Source of the DNA: an uncultured Gemmatimonadales bacterium
GTDB lineage: Bacteria > Gemmatimonadota > Gemmatimonadetes > Longimicrobiales > RSA9
Reading direction: 5' to 3'
Length of the DNA stretch: 64,000 bases
NCBI GenBank assembly: GCA_963741945.1
Contig: CAVUKA010000003.1
Span: 1-64,000 of the forward strand
In this document: piece after piece, positions 1 to 8,444 of the stretch
How positions within the stretch are numbered: the first letter of the stretch is position 1
Layout: each line of letters opens with the position of its first letter
Notes under the pieces: model-generated
Seen by the model: the letters and a program-made list of their open reading frames with translations, nothing else
Database searches by the model: none
Told to the model about the DNA's origin: nothing
Program-made: the position numbers and the translations under genes

Positions 1-38
1 ACCCGGGCCAGCAGCCGTCCATCCATTCCGGTTCCCAT
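1..38 (-). CDS. Probable 5' start of a gene running off the left edge (MGTGMDGRLLAR...)
   Basis: ATG at 38-36 on the minus strand, preceded by GGAGG about 7 nt upstream. Co-oriented with the ClpX-like gene. Confidence 0.35.
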   Translation of the reverse strand, partial: MGTGMDGRLLAR

Positions 39-122
39 GCTGTCGCCTCCATGAAAGTGGTCACGGACCGCGCTCGCGGTCGGAAGCAGCCTACCGGCCG
101 CGACTCGAACCGCCGGTTTCCG

Positions 123-1200
123 TCAGACCCGCCGCAGAGCGGCCGGAACAGGCACGTCATCCGCGCGCAGCCTGATGCGCGTTCCCGGCTTCGCTTCCAG
201 GTCGATGAGCCGGAGCAGCGCCGCGTCCACGGCCGAGGTCAGCCATCCGGCACCCGCACGCGGGGTGACGTCGGGCCCGGCGTCGCAGACGCCGCGGGCG
301 ACGTAGCGGAGGACCGCTTCAGGCACCTCGATGGAGAAGCCGAACTCGGCAGCGCCAGCCAATGCTCCTGTCGATCTCGCGGCGGAGGATCGGGACGAGC
401 TGGTCGGGGCCGGGCGTCGACAGCGTCAGGATGACCGGGAAACGCGACGCGAACTCGACGGAGAAGCCGTAGCGGACGAGGTCACCCGCCCCCGCGTCTT
501 CCGGCAGCCCGTGAAACGCGCCGAGGCCGAGGATCAGCATGTGGTCGGTCCGGACCGCGAGGGTGCGCCCGCGGTCCCCCTCCGCCGGAAAGCGGGTGGG
601 AACGCCTCCGCCCAGGATGCCGAGCAGTGACTTCTGCTGCCCCACCCGGTGCTCCCGGCTGGAGCCCTGCGCACCCCGGATGGCCAGCTTGTCGATTTCG
701 TCCGCGATGAGGACGGTGCGGGACAACCAGTCCAGATCTCCGTCATGTGCCGTGTACATCTCCGCGAGCACATCGGAGACGGAGATTCCCGACCAGCCGA
801 CCTCGGAGGAGACGCTCACGTCCCACACCACCGCCGGGCACTCGAGCGCCTCGGCCATCGCAATGCCGATCGTGGTCTTCCCTACCCCGGACGGCCCCAC
901 CAGCAGGGCGCGCTGGCGCCCACCGGAGTGGAGGTGCCTCGCCCCCATGAGAGCCAGGCGGGAGAGGAGTCCTCATGGCCGGAGACCCGCTCCGCCAGCC
1001 GCCGTTTCAGGACGCGGTACGCCTCCCCGAGGATCTCAGGTGCGCTCGCGGCCTGCTCCGTCGCCGAAACGCTAACGACACGGGCGCCGCAGGCGCACGC
1101 CGTTCCCGGCATGATTCGCAGGGAGATGACGGGGCCAACGGCCTCGCCGCAGAAGGGGCAGTCGATGGTGAACGCGGAAACTCTCGCTTCGCTCGTAATC
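123..1200 (-). pseudogene. ClpX/HslU-like AAA+ ATPase with N-terminal Zn-finger, split over three frames (frameshifts near 972 and 365)
   Basis: Joined frames give CPFCG...CACG, RVSGHE/LLSRLALMG, Walker A GPSGVGKT, pore loop SEVGWSG, Walker B VLIADEIDKL, QQKSLLGIL, LGAFHGL, DLVRYGFSVEFASRFPV and C-terminal FSIEVPEAVLRYVA. Start codon is unresolved. Confidence 0.75.
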
Positions 1201-1797
1201 GATCCTTCCCTGAGCCAGACCTTCGGGATGTCTCTGCCACCAGCGCCTCCAGGTTAGGGACGGCGGCAGCCTACCCGGCTCCAGCAACACGCCCGAAACC
1301 CGACGACCCTACCTTTCGGCTACGGAGGCGGAGTCAGGCTGGAGGATCCCGAGCGCTGCCGCGCGCGGCGGCGGGGCGATGAACGGGTATCGGATCGTCC
1401 TCCGCTGCCGCAGCAGCACGTGACCCCTGCCCGCCGAGCGACCCCGGTCCGAGGGCGAGCGCGCAGAGCGCGAGGTACGCAGCGATCCACCGGCGCACGC
1501 GGGCGGCGAGCCGACCGAAGCGGTCGCGGAGGGAACCGCTGATGCGGCTCCAGAGCGCGCGGAGCGGAGCTACGCCTTCGAGGAGCCGGATTATCGGAGT
1601 CCGATAATCCGGGACGGGAGGGAGGTGGCTCCGTAGGTCTTGAGTGGCGGAAGCGACCGCCGACGTCACGACCTGCGCGAGCAGGATTCGGAACACGGGC
1701 AGCAACTCTGCCAGGACAGCTGCGCTATCTGACGGCGTCGACGGGCTGCTGGTGCAGGCACGCGTCCTTGAGCTGACGAACACGCTGGCCCCGCAGA

Positions 1798-2439
1798 TCA
1801 GCAGCGGGCGCTCGCTCCCCGGAGCTCGCGGCCGGCCGTGCCCTCGCGCACGTTCTCGAGCCATGCCCTCCGCTCTTCGGGCGCGAGCTTCGCCACCTCC
1901 TGGAGGAGGACCGCCGGGTAGGGCACGAGATCGTCGGGGGTGAGACCAACCGCGGCGAGGGTTCCGGCGTCGAACGCGTCGGCGATCTCCAGGTACTGGT
2001 GGACGGTCGGCTGGCGGAGTCCGACCCACTCGCCCACCGCCGCCTGCGTCGCGTTGGCTCCGGCGGACGCGAGCGCCTCCCGCACCTGCGCGCACGCCAA
2101 CGCCTTCTCGATCGCCTTGAGCTTCTTGCCTCCCATGTCGGCGAGAAGGGCAATGGCGGCGGCCATGGCGTCGTCCGCGGCCACGATCACCGCGTCGATG
2201 TCGGTATCGCCGGTCTTCCTGGCAGCGACCAGCCGCCGCTCGCCGTCGAGGAGTTCGAACTGCGAGTCTCCCAGCCTCCGGACGGTGACCGCCTGGAGCC
2301 AACCGCGCGCCGACACGCACCGAACCAGCTCCTTCATGGCACCCGGAGCGAGCCGAGCCGATGTGCGCCACGATGTGCGCAGCTCGGTCACGCGGATCGC
2401 GTCCAGCGGGATTCGGGCGAGGGTTGTCGTGAGTGCCAT
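1798..2439 (-). CDS. ParB/Spo0J-family protein (ParB/Srx domain + HTH); possible frameshifted C-terminal extension to 1334
   Basis: GWLQAVTVR...FELLDGERRLVAA (GxRRxxA motif) and HTH TQAAVGEWVGLRQPTVHQYL. Confidence 0.85.
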   Translation of the reverse strand: MALTTTLARIPLDAIRVTELRTSWRTSARLAPGAMKELVRCVSARGWLQAVTVRRLGDSQFELLDGERRLVAARKTGDTDIDAVIVAADDAMAAAIALLADMGGKKLKAIEKALACAQVREALASAGANATQAAVGEWVGLRQPTVHQYLEIADAFDAGTLAAVGLTPDDLVPYPAVLLQEVAKLAPEERRAWLENVREGTAGRELRGASARC

Positions 2440-2843
2440 GGTCGCTGCCTTCGGTTCGCTTCTCCACCTGCACCGGCAGGAAGCCGGGGCGGTGACACCG
2501 GAGGCAAGCCTCGCCCAGTCGAGGCACCCCTACGAGATACGCTCGAGTGCCAAAACGTGTTTGACGGAGGGGTCAGTCGAGTTGGAGTTCGAGCGGGAAC
2601 GTCAGCGGTGTGCGGTGATAGCGTCTGGGCGGCGGAGGGAACCGGAAAATGACCGAACTCCACGGATCCCCACGCGCGGTCGAGGTCGAGCCGCACGGTC
2701 ATGGAGGGCAGCCAGCTGAATTTTGCCCGGGCGCGTCCGACCACGCGGGTACGGGTGCACACCAGCGCTATCGCCCAGGAATCCCAGATGGTCTGCTCGA
2801 GACGACAACCAGTAGGTGTAGCGACGGTTCTTAACGGGGCGAC

Positions 2844-3511
2844 TCAGGAGGCCGCCATTCGCGGAGAGCTTCCACGGAGCCCTCTGACACGTACGGGGCG
2901 ACGGAAGCCGAACTCCAGCGGGCTTCCCTCTCCTGCGACCACGGCGGCGACGGACGCTGCCTCCAGAAACAGACTCCAGAGCTGACGACCCTCTCGGCGG
3001 AGCAGGCGACTCTCCTTCGGCTCTCCGAAGTTGCCCTCCGCGAACTGCGGGTACTCCCACCCACGAATCCGTCGCCAAGCGTCGATTCCCGCAGCCGCCG
3101 GAAGTTCGCCGCGGCGCTGAACCACCTCCAATGCCCCGGAGAGCAGTTTCCCTTCGACACCGCCAGAAGAAGTGACCCTGGCGCGGGTTCGTAGCCATCG
3201 GGAGCCGGTCGCGGGGTGTATGCCCACACCCTTGGCCGCGACCCTCGCGGAGTCGTGAAGGCCGACTCGCGTGACATTCTCAGCCATGAGCGTCCAGAAA
3301 CTTCGCTTCCGCCTGGGTGGGCGGCCGTGTGACCCATTTGCGGGCCCGGCCGCCGCCGGGGCGGCGCTTCGCGCCCTGGGCGGCGCGTCGTCGTTTTGAG
3401 GCACGCCCCGCACTGCCAACGCGGAATGTCGCGACCGTCGCCGCGGCGATACGTCCCGTGTTTGCGCCAGAGGTGCCCGACCGACCCGAGCACGCTGCAC
3501 TCTCCGTCCAT
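2844..3511 (-). pseudogene. IS1/IS1595-like Zn-ribbon + HTH protein, frameshifted (transposase-like remnant)
   Basis: KHGTYRRGDGRDIPRWQCGACLKT in one frame, then ARVAAKGVGIHPATGSRWL in another. No recognisable DDE domain. Confidence 0.45.
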
Positions 3512-3630
3512 TTCGTTGACTCACAGAAGTCACCCACACGATCCCGCAATATAGTGCATATCCCAGAATCGTGCCGGGTAGGGTGGTTTCATGAGCACCG
3601 GAATCAGAGCTACCGACGCTGGGCGAGCGC

Positions 3631-4002
3631 ATGAGCTTCGAGACGATCATCGACAGCCTCGACGAGAGCACCGTCCTCACCAAGGGCCTCGTGCTGGACC
3701 TGTATCGGAAGTTCGGCGCACGGCCGGAGCCGGTTCTCGGACCGACCCCCGCCGCCTCGACGCCGGGGTCCTGGCGCGAGCGAATCTGGACCTGTCCTGA
3801 CGAGACGCAGCTGTCGGTCGCCGAGTTCGGGGAGGCCGCGAACCGGAAGCGGAGCTGGGCCTACGACCAGGTCCGGAACCGGTCCGCCGCGCCCGTTCAT
3901 CACGACGAGGCGGGTCGGCCCTACTTCATTGCCTTCGAGGTGCGTGAGTGGCTCCGGGCGCGGGGCGAGATCATGGTTCTGGAGAAGAACAATGCCGCGT
4001 AA
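3631..4002 (+). CDS. Excisionase/AlpA-like HTH DNA-binding protein
   Basis: C-terminal LSVAEFGEAANRKRSWAYDQVR...GRPYFIAFEVREWL resembles HTH_17/AlpA. Upstream of the integrase. Confidence 0.55.
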   Translation: MSFETIIDSLDESTVLTKGLVLDLYRKFGARPEPVLGPTPAASTPGSWRERIWTCPDETQLSVAEFGEAANRKRSWAYDQVRNRSAAPVHHDEAGRPYFIAFEVREWLRARGEIMVLEKNNAA

Positions 4003-4630
4003 TCCGGAAGTGGCTGTGCGCGCGTCGAATCGCCAGCTCGCTGCCCACCTCGGTGACGCTCGCGACCAGCGGTTCGAGATAGTCCTGGCCGACCCGCCGT
4101 GGCGCTACGCCTACTCGAGGTCGAAGAAGAAGACGGTCGAGCGGCACTACCCGACGCTGACCATCGAGCAGATTGCGCGCATGCCGGTCGAGTCACTCGT
4201 TGCCCGCAACGCCCTGCTCTTCCTATGGGCGACGCCTCCGCTGCTGGACCATGGCGTCCGCGTTGTCAACGCGTGGGGCTTCCAGTACGTCACGTGCGCC
4301 GTGTGGGACAAGGTACTGCTCGGCCCGGGCTATCACTTCCGCCAGCAGCACGAGTTGCTGCTCGTCGGCAAGCGAGGGAAGCCCGGCACTCCTGGGAACC
4401 GGAACATCCGGTCCGTCATCAGGTCCAGGCGCGGCAGGCATAGCGCCAAGCCGGCGCAGGTCCACCGGTACATCGAGCGGGCCTATCCTCACCGACGTAA
4501 GCTCGAGCTGTTCGCACGCCAGCGCCGCTCCGGTTGGGCTGTCTGGGGCAACGAGGTCCAGTGCGACGCAGAGCTGCCGAACCCGGCCGCCGGCACGGTC
4601 GTGCAGACCGTTCTCGACCTGGGCGCGTGA
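3992..4630 (+). CDS. MT-A70 family N6-adenine methyltransferase
   Basis: IVLADPPWRY catalytic motif, HYPTL, LFLWAT, WGFQY, ELLLVGKRG, HSAKP, KLELFAR, WAVWGNE. ATG 3992 overlaps the upstream gene. Confidence 0.92.
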   Translation: MPRNPEVAVRASNRQLAAHLGDARDQRFEIVLADPPWRYAYSRSKKKTVERHYPTLTIEQIARMPVESLVARNALLFLWATPPLLDHGVRVVNAWGFQYVTCAVWDKVLLGPGYHFRQQHELLLVGKRGKPGTPGNRNIRSVIRSRRGRHSAKPAQVHRYIERAYPHRRKLELFARQRRSGWAVWGNEVQCDAELPNPAAGTVVQTVLDLGA

Positions 4631-4736
4631 GCGGTTGGGACACCGCCGCTGGGTTGGCGTTCAGGGAATCGTGCGTATGTTTGAACCGGCGGCCGGAGCG
4701 TCGCCTCCCGCATCGACAGGACAACAGGACAGCAAC

Positions 4737-5981
4737 ATGCCCGGGGAAGTGCCGCCGAAGGCCAAGCAGAAGGAGCCGACGCTGGACTCCTGGAAGGGGG
4801 CTGGCACGCTCCAGCGCCGTGAGAACGGGGCCCTGCGGGTTCGTGTGAAGGTCTCCGGTCGTACCCGGTCCAGGACGTTCAAGGCCGGCACCAAGCTGGC
4901 GAAGATCAAGCAGGTGGCCTCGGACCTCGAGCGGGAGCTGCGGGAAGAGGTCGAGTCCGGCGGGCTCAAGCGCATACGGTTCTCGAAGCTGCTGGAGCAG
5001 TTCGAGACGCTGGGTATGGCAGGTGTCTCGGAGCAGACGGTCCGCGCGTACGGCGACAGCCTCAAGCCGCTCCGGCTCTACTTCGTCGAGGGGTATCGTA
5101 ATGGCCACCGCGCCTCCGTGGCGGAGAGGGATCCCTGGGTGCACGAGGTAGACGAGGCCTCCGTCCTCAGCTACATGGCGTGGCGGTCGACGCACGTCCT
5201 GTCAGGCACCGGAGCCCCTCGGAAGGGGGACACCGCCAACCGCACCGTGAACAAGGACCGCGCGGTGCTTCACAAGGCGCTCAAGCTGGCGGCGAAGCTG
5301 AAGACCCGGTCCGGAGACAATCCGGCGGCGAAGGCGGAGAAGTTCAAGGAGCCCGACTTCCTGCCGACGATCCTGTCGCCGGCGCAGGTCGATCGGCTGA
5401 TAGAGTCCTGCCGAAAGAGCCGCCAGCCCATGCTGTACCCCTTCGCCGTCGTACTCGCCGACAGCGCCGTCCGGAGCGAGAAGGAGGCCCTGCAGCTGAC
5501 GTGGCGCTCGGTCGACCTCGAGAACCGCGTTCTGGTGATCAAGGGGAAGGGGGACAGAGTGCGCGTCGTGCCCATGAGCCGACGCGTACACCGCGTCCTC
5601 GCGGAGCACGCGCAGAGGTACCGCAAGGCGACCTACAACGGCAAGCGGACGGAGTGGGTCTTCCACCACACCGCGAACCGCCGCCACCACAAGGCGGGTG
5701 AGCGCATCAAGACCATGCGCGCGTCCTTCAAGAACGCGGCGAAACGGGCCGGTATCGAGGAGGAGCTCCGGCAGCACGACATGCGGCACTCCGCTGCGAC
5801 CAACTGGCTCGCGGCCGGCGCCTCACAGAAGAAGGTGCAGGACATCCTCGGCCACACGAACCCGAAGATGACCGACCGCTACACCCACCTGATCGCGGAG
5901 CACCTGCGGGACGTGGTGGACTTGCATGGCGGCGACGGGGAGGAGAGTGCCGACGGCGCGGACGAGGCCAGCCAAGCGTGA
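4737..5981 (+). CDS. Tyrosine recombinase/phage integrase
   Basis: Catalytic R (AVRSEKEAL), K (KGKGDR), HxxR (HDMRH), LGH and Y (RYTH). Located near a tRNA 3' end. Confidence 0.93.
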   Translation: MPGEVPPKAKQKEPTLDSWKGAGTLQRRENGALRVRVKVSGRTRSRTFKAGTKLAKIKQVASDLERELREEVESGGLKRIRFSKLLEQFETLGMAGVSEQTVRAYGDSLKPLRLYFVEGYRNGHRASVAERDPWVHEVDEASVLSYMAWRSTHVLSGTGAPRKGDTANRTVNKDRAVLHKALKLAAKLKTRSGDNPAAKAEKFKEPDFLPTILSPAQVDRLIESCRKSRQPMLYPFAVVLADSAVRSEKEALQLTWRSVDLENRVLVIKGKGDRVRVVPMSRRVHRVLAEHAQRYRKATYNGKRTEWVFHHTANRRHHKAGERIKTMRASFKNAAKRAGIEEELRQHDMRHSAATNWLAAGASQKKVQDILGHTNPKMTDRYTHLIAEHLRDVVDLHGGDGEESADGADEASQA

Positions 5982-6053
5982 GCAGGTGGCCGGATTGTCC
6001 GGCGACGCTGCTGCAGCAACCGGCATCGCGATCGTCTTCAGTGACGCAAGCTG

Positions 6054-6305
6054 CTATTCACGCCGGCGGAACACCACCCAGCCCTCCTCGAGGTTCAACT
6101 GGTCAGTCGTCCAGCCTGCCTCCATCCATTGATGAGCCCATGTGTGGGAATCGGTCGGGGCCGAATCGCCCCACCACCGAGGGTGTTTGCGCGCGGATGG
6201 GGGAAGATCGGCCTGGATCAGCCTCTCAATGTCGCCGAACGTGAGCTTGACGGCGGGGCCGCCCTGATTCCGTAAGTAGGCGGCGAGCGGGGCGTACTTG
6301 CTCAT
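6054..6305 (-). CDS. Small conserved hypothetical protein (DUF7662-like)
   Basis: MSKYAPLAAYL...LTFGDIERLI..DLPPSARKHPRWW...AHQWMEAGW pattern, recognised from memory. Confidence 0.75.
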   Translation of the reverse strand: MSKYAPLAAYLRNQGGPAVKLTFGDIERLIQADLPPSARKHPRWWGDSAPTDSHTWAHQWMEAGWTTDQLNLEEGWVVFRRRE

Positions 6306-6323
6306 TCGGATAGAATCCCTTCC

Positions 6324-6587
6324 CTACGGCTGGGCCCAGTCCTCATGCTGCCACTCCGGATCGCGTTCTAACTCGGCCCGAAGCTCCTCGGGCGAGGCAT
6401 TGGGTCCCGCGACTTCCATCGTGATCTCTCCCTCACCACCGGACCTCCGGAAGGACGCCCGCCACTTCTCGGGGAGATCGTCGAGGCTGCCTCCCTCTCT
6501 GAGATTCCCCGAGCGGTAGGGGCCGCTCACGGTCACCTCCCAGTCTGCACCTCGCGAGTCCCTGATCGTCTCTCTTCGAATCGTCAT
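6324..6587 (-). CDS. Hypothetical protein
   Basis: ATG 6587 preceded by AGAGGGAAGG. Protein-like composition; co-oriented with 6054-6305. Confidence 0.55.
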   Translation of the reverse strand: MTIRRETIRDSRGADWEVTVSGPYRSGNLREGGSLDDLPEKWRASFRRSGGEGEITMEVAGPNASPEELRAELERDPEWQHEDWAQP

Positions 6588-6696
6588 AGCCTTCCCTCTG
6601 CTCTTGGCGTAACACGAGCCCCTGGGCAGCAGCCCCGGTTCAAGTGGTGGTGGGAAGCAGCCTTGAGCAAGGCCTCGATTGAGTACGACGCATGTT

Positions 6697-6719
6697 TCGG
6701 TGACCAAATCGGTGACCAA
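6697..6719. repeat. Tandem 11-bp direct repeat TCGGTGACCAA x2 (candidate integrase arm-binding sites)
   Basis: Copies at 6697-6707 and 6709-6719, about 70 bp from the tRNA 3' end. Confidence 0.55.
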
Positions 6720-6734
6720 GCTCCCAAAGATGCG

Positions 6735-6777
6735 AACGGCGCGGGCTCACGGCGAAACGCCAGAAACCCGCGCCGTT
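6735..6777. other. Inverted repeat/hairpin just downstream of the tRNA 3' end
   Basis: AACGGCGCGGG (6735-6745) / CCCGCGCCGTT (6767-6777) enclosing GGCG-AAA-CGCC. Confidence 0.6.
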
Positions 6778-6787
6778 GCCTGCAAAG

Positions 6788-6871
6788 CGGAGGGCCGGGG
6801 ATTCGAACCCCGATGGGCTTGCGCCCGGCGGTTTTCAAGACCGCTGCCTTACCAGTTAGGACTAGCCCTCC
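6788..6871 (-). tRNA. tRNA-Ser (anticodon TGA); CCA not encoded
   Basis: Acceptor stem GGAGGGC/GCCCTCC, anticodon arm GCGGT-CTTGAAA-ACCGC, long variable arm, T arm CGGGG-TTCGAAT-CCCCG, discriminator G. Confidence 0.96.
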
Positions 6872-7001
6872 AGATTCTGCGAACTCGCCCAATGTTCGCA
6901 CGCCCGGCGCGGAATGACAACGGAGACGGGGGTGATCGCGGAATACACCTTGCACCGGCGACGTGCATGAAAGCTTCACGCCCACATCCGAAGAGAGGCT
7001 C

Positions 7002-7391
7002 ATGATGTTCGTTGCCGAGCTGCTGTTCGCTTTCGTGATCGCCCTGATCCTGGTCTCCGTGATCAGCTTCGGGTTCGGCCGACCGGGACCATGGGGCGGG
7101 TTCCTGTGGTTCTTCCTGCTGGTGTTCCTGGGCGCCTGGGCCATCGGGGTATGGGTGCCGGCGGGACCGCTGTTCTGGGGCGTGGCCTGGGTGCCGATCT
7201 TCTTCGGCGCGATCCTGCTCGCGCTGCTGATCGCGGCCATACCGCCGTCCGAGCCAGCGCCGCCCCGCACCCTGGAGGCGGGCGAGCCGGTGGAGCCGGC
7301 CAGCTCGGCCGGCGCGGCGGTGGGAGTCTTCTTCTGGATCCTCCTGCTCCTGCTGGTGATCGCGGTGGCATGGGGCTACTGGTGGGTCTGA
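7002..7391 (+). CDS. Hypothetical integral membrane protein (about 4 TM)
   Basis: Hydrophobic segments; GAGAGG RBS before ATG 7002. Confidence 0.8.
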   Translation: MMFVAELLFAFVIALILVSVISFGFGRPGPWGGFLWFFLLVFLGAWAIGVWVPAGPLFWGVAWVPIFFGAILLALLIAAIPPSEPAPPRTLEAGEPVEPASSAGAAVGVFFWILLLLLVIAVAWGYWWV

Positions 7392-7499
7392 GGAGGGCGG
7401 CTCCCGCGCCGTCTCGAAGGGCCGCCGCGGTTGACACGGGCACCGCATTCCCTGAAGGATGAGGGATTCCGGATGTCACACCGAAGCCCAGGAATGCCA

Positions 7500-8360
7500 A
7501 TGATGCGTCGCCGAATGCCGTTCGTCCCCGCCCTCCTCGTCCTTTTCGCCGCGATCGCGCCGCGACCGGCGGACGCGCAGTCGGCGGCGCAGATCGTCCA
7601 GACGGCCATTGATCGCTACACCAGCCGGCTGGAGGGGATCAGGAGCTACACGGTGGTCCAGGACATCATGGGGATGGAGACCACCACGTACTATTCGCGC
7701 GTGGAAGGAAGCCACCCCCCTGTCTTCGACTCGAAAGTGATCGTGGCTGGCCAGGACCTCTCGAAGCTGACCCCCTCGCAGGAGGAGCAGGCGCGGAGCC
7801 CGAACCTGTACGAGTACTATCCGGAGCTGGCGAAGCGTGCGTCTCTGAAGGGGAGCGCGTCGGTGGACGGGCACGACACGTACGTGGTCGAGGTCACCGA
7901 CCTCTCGGGGATCCCGATCTGGCAGCAATCCGCGTCCGAGGGTCAGGGCTTCGAGCCGAAGTCCATGACGATCTACATGGACAAGGAGCAGTACCTGGCC
8001 CGGCGCGTCCGCATTGAGGGGAACGCCGAGATGAACGGCAAGAAGAGCGACGTCACCATGGTCATGGACATGGGCGACTATCGGGACGTCCAGGGGCTGC
8101 TCTACCCCTTCCACATGAGCATGAACATGCACGGGATGGAAAACTCCATGACGCCGGAGGAGCGGGCCGAGGCGCAGCAGTCGCTGGACCAGCTGCAGAA
8201 GCAGATGAAGGACATGCCCGAGGCGCAGCGCAAGATGATGGAGAAGATGATGGGCGGGCAGATGGAGAATCTGAAGAAGATGCTGGCCGGAGGCGGGATG
8301 CAGATGGAAGTGGTGGTGAAGGACGTGAAGGTGAACACGCCGCCGCCATTGGGGAGCTGA
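7500..8360 (+). CDS. Secreted hypothetical protein (beta-rich, Met/Gln-rich helical C-terminal part)
   Basis: Signal peptide MMRRRMPFVPALLVLFAAIAPRPADA and strong GC3 codon bias. Confidence 0.8.
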   Translation: MMRRRMPFVPALLVLFAAIAPRPADAQSAAQIVQTAIDRYTSRLEGIRSYTVVQDIMGMETTTYYSRVEGSHPPVFDSKVIVAGQDLSKLTPSQEEQARSPNLYEYYPELAKRASLKGSASVDGHDTYVVEVTDLSGIPIWQQSASEGQGFEPKSMTIYMDKEQYLARRVRIEGNAEMNGKKSDVTMVMDMGDYRDVQGLLYPFHMSMNMHGMENSMTPEERAEAQQSLDQLQKQMKDMPEAQRKMMEKMMGGQMENLKKMLAGGGMQMEVVVKDVKVNTPPPLGS

Positions 8361-8444
8361 CGCAGGACCGAACGGCGGCCGCGGCCCGGGCGGCTGGCCC
8401 CGGCCGCTCGGGTGCGACGGGGGCTCGAGCGGGCCACGGCGCGC

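Larger units (their letters stand above)
1..6790. mobile_element. Right-hand part of an integrative element (genomic island or prophage-like) inserted at the tRNA-Ser 3' end
   Basis: Integrase, xis-like, ParB and MTase genes lie downstream of the tRNA, with arm-like repeats at 6697-6719. The distal att is not in the window. Confidence 0.8.

Noticed and set aside
4173-4736. N-terminal extension making a 602-aa integrase
   Set aside because: Overlaps the MT-A70 gene out of frame and is low-complexity; ATG 4737 (or 4677) is the more plausible start.
6788-6871. Selenocysteine or suppressor tRNA
   Set aside because: The anticodon is TGA (reads UCA, Ser), not TCA, and the acceptor stem is the normal 7 bp.
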